Part shown: piece after piece, positions 62,850-64,000 of the stretch
Position numbering within the stretch: position 1 is the stretch's first letter
How the letters are laid out: each line of letters begins with the position of its first letter
Origin: Candidatus Latescibacterota bacterium
GTDB taxonomy: Bacteria; Latescibacterota; UBA2968
Direction of reading: 5' to 3'
Assembly (NCBI GenBank): GCA_965204375.1
Contig: OZ241986.1
Location: 3,584,001-3,648,000, forward strand
Length of the DNA stretch: 64,000 nt
The notes under the pieces: generated by a model
What the model was told of the DNA's origin: nothing
Database searches by the model: none
The model's input: only the letters and a program-made list of their open reading frames with translations
Translations under genes and position numbers: made by a program

Positions 62850-64000
62850 ATGAAAGCATTAGCTGAAAAATTTATTGAGTTCATAAAAGATGCGTTAGAA
62901 ATCAGGCTTTTCCGCGGTACAGATAACCGCGTTCAACCCGTGATCTTGGGACCACCTACCGATGTGATGGAAGAAGTTTTTAATATCATGACCAATAATA
63001 ATACCAGTGATTGGGTGGTGGGTGATCCTGAGAATCCAATTGATATTGTAGTGCTCTTGGTATACAGAGATATAGTGAGCAGTCAACCTGACAGTATGGG
63101 AAAGGTTCTAAGTCAAAAATGTAACTGGGATTACGCGGTCTCCATTCGAAATAGCGGTCAACCCTGTGTTACCTTGGTAATACCTAGAGCCTGGGATTCA
63201 CGCCCTGAGTCTATTGCAAATGCTACGGAAACAATTGGAAGTCCTAGAATATCCGATGATAAGGACTTCTATAAAAAAGATCCCTGGCCTTTCTTAGTTG
63301 GTAGTATATCCAATACCTCGAACGTTTCAGAAACCGAGATCCACGACCTATTGTCCATAGTACAAAAAGAAGCCTTGAATCGTACTGAGCAAAGGGAATC
63401 AGCACTTTGGGACGTTGTAGATCAGCTCATCCAGGCAACCCAAGCAGAAGATATTGTTAAATCGGTTGGGTTACCAAATTTAGGAAACCAGAATTTAACC
63501 CAGAAGACACTGAAAGACTCAAATGACATCCTGTCCGATTTAGCAAAATTCTGTGCGAAAACCGGGCTCAGGAATGCTGAGAATGAGCTTAGGGAAGGTG
63601 CAATTTCTCTTTGTATAGAAAGACCACTAAAAGAACTTTTCTCCCATCTCCGTGATAGTGCAGGGTCTGGGACTACATTTAATGATTGTCCTGCATGGTA
63701 TTTTCGTCCAGTCTCGAATAGTTCTGATTGGTGGGATCATCTTCCATATGAAAAAATACAGAAGTTACTTGAAGAGATCGGGGAGAGCAGACCTACGGGG
63801 AGATTGGAACTTAGTTGTCAAAATGCATTAAATCGCGATGACCTGATTAAAGATGAACCATTAATCGTAGAGAATGAAGTTGATTTGCAGGTTAGGGATA
63901 ATAAGGGTGATATTCCACGGTCAGTCGATTTTTCCAGGAAAATAGGAAGGCAATATGATTCAATCTATCCAGAATACCAGAACGGAAACTTTATTGACGC
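62850..64000 (+). CDS. Large protein, N-terminal part (DndH/DptH-like by position), 3'-truncated by window edge
   Basis: ORF from ATG 62850 (MKALAEKFIEFIKDALE...YAVSIRNSG...) that appears to stay open to the window end; fourth gene of the operon. Confidence 0.5.
   Translation, partial: MKALAEKFIEFIKDALEIRLFRGTDNRVQPVILGPPTDVMEEVFNIMTNNNTSDWVVGDPENPIDIVVLLVYRDIVSSQPDSMGKVLSQKCNWDYAVSIRNSGQPCVTLVIPRAWDSRPESIANATETIGSPRISDDKDFYKKDPWPFLVGSISNTSNVSETEIHDLLSIVQKEALNRTEQRESALWDVVDQLIQATQAEDIVKSVGLPNLGNQNLTQKTLKDSNDILSDLAKFCAKTGLRNAENELREGAISLCIERPLKELFSHLRDSAGSGTTFNDCPAWYFRPVSNSSDWWDHLPYEKIQKLLEEIGESRPTGRLELSCQNALNRDDLIKDEPLIVENEVDLQVRDNKGDIPRSVDFSRKIGRQYDSIYPEYQNGNFID

Overview
Bacterial 64-kb window with host-like catabolic genes interleaved with AT-richer accessory blocks. 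The catabolic genes include TPP enzymes, an E1 alpha/beta pair, three sulfatases, a pectate lyase, sialidase/GH-like propellers and a PhyH-family dioxygenase. This content is reminiscent of sulfatase-rich diderm lineages such as sponge symbionts (inference only). Highlights: (1) A tightly coupled Argonaute operon beside tRNA-Val(GAC): XRE regulator, Cas4-like PD-(D/E)XK nuclease, long pAgo with an apparently intact DEDD tetrad, 122-aa helical protein and HExxH (M48-like) metallopeptidase, followed by an Mrr-type endonuclease. It sits behind a perfect sigma70 promoter covered by two operator repeats. This is my best candidate for an undescribed system. (2) Two separate radical-SAM RiPP clusters with Asp-rich precursors. 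One adds an isoprenoid-synthase-fold enzyme, RRE-M50 peptidase, methyltransferase, GT4, epimerase and S41 peptidase. The other lies behind a sigma54 promoter and a kinase-STAND-TPR-GAF-sigma54 activator, and its TPR gene is split by an IS1380 with a TTAG target duplication. (3) A TIR + 4-TM Thoeris-like pair. (4) A C5-cytosine methyltransferase coupled to DndFGH-like genes, running off the right edge. (5) A candidate ~95-nt sRNA with its own promoter and terminator. All family assignments come from motif reading; no database searches were run.
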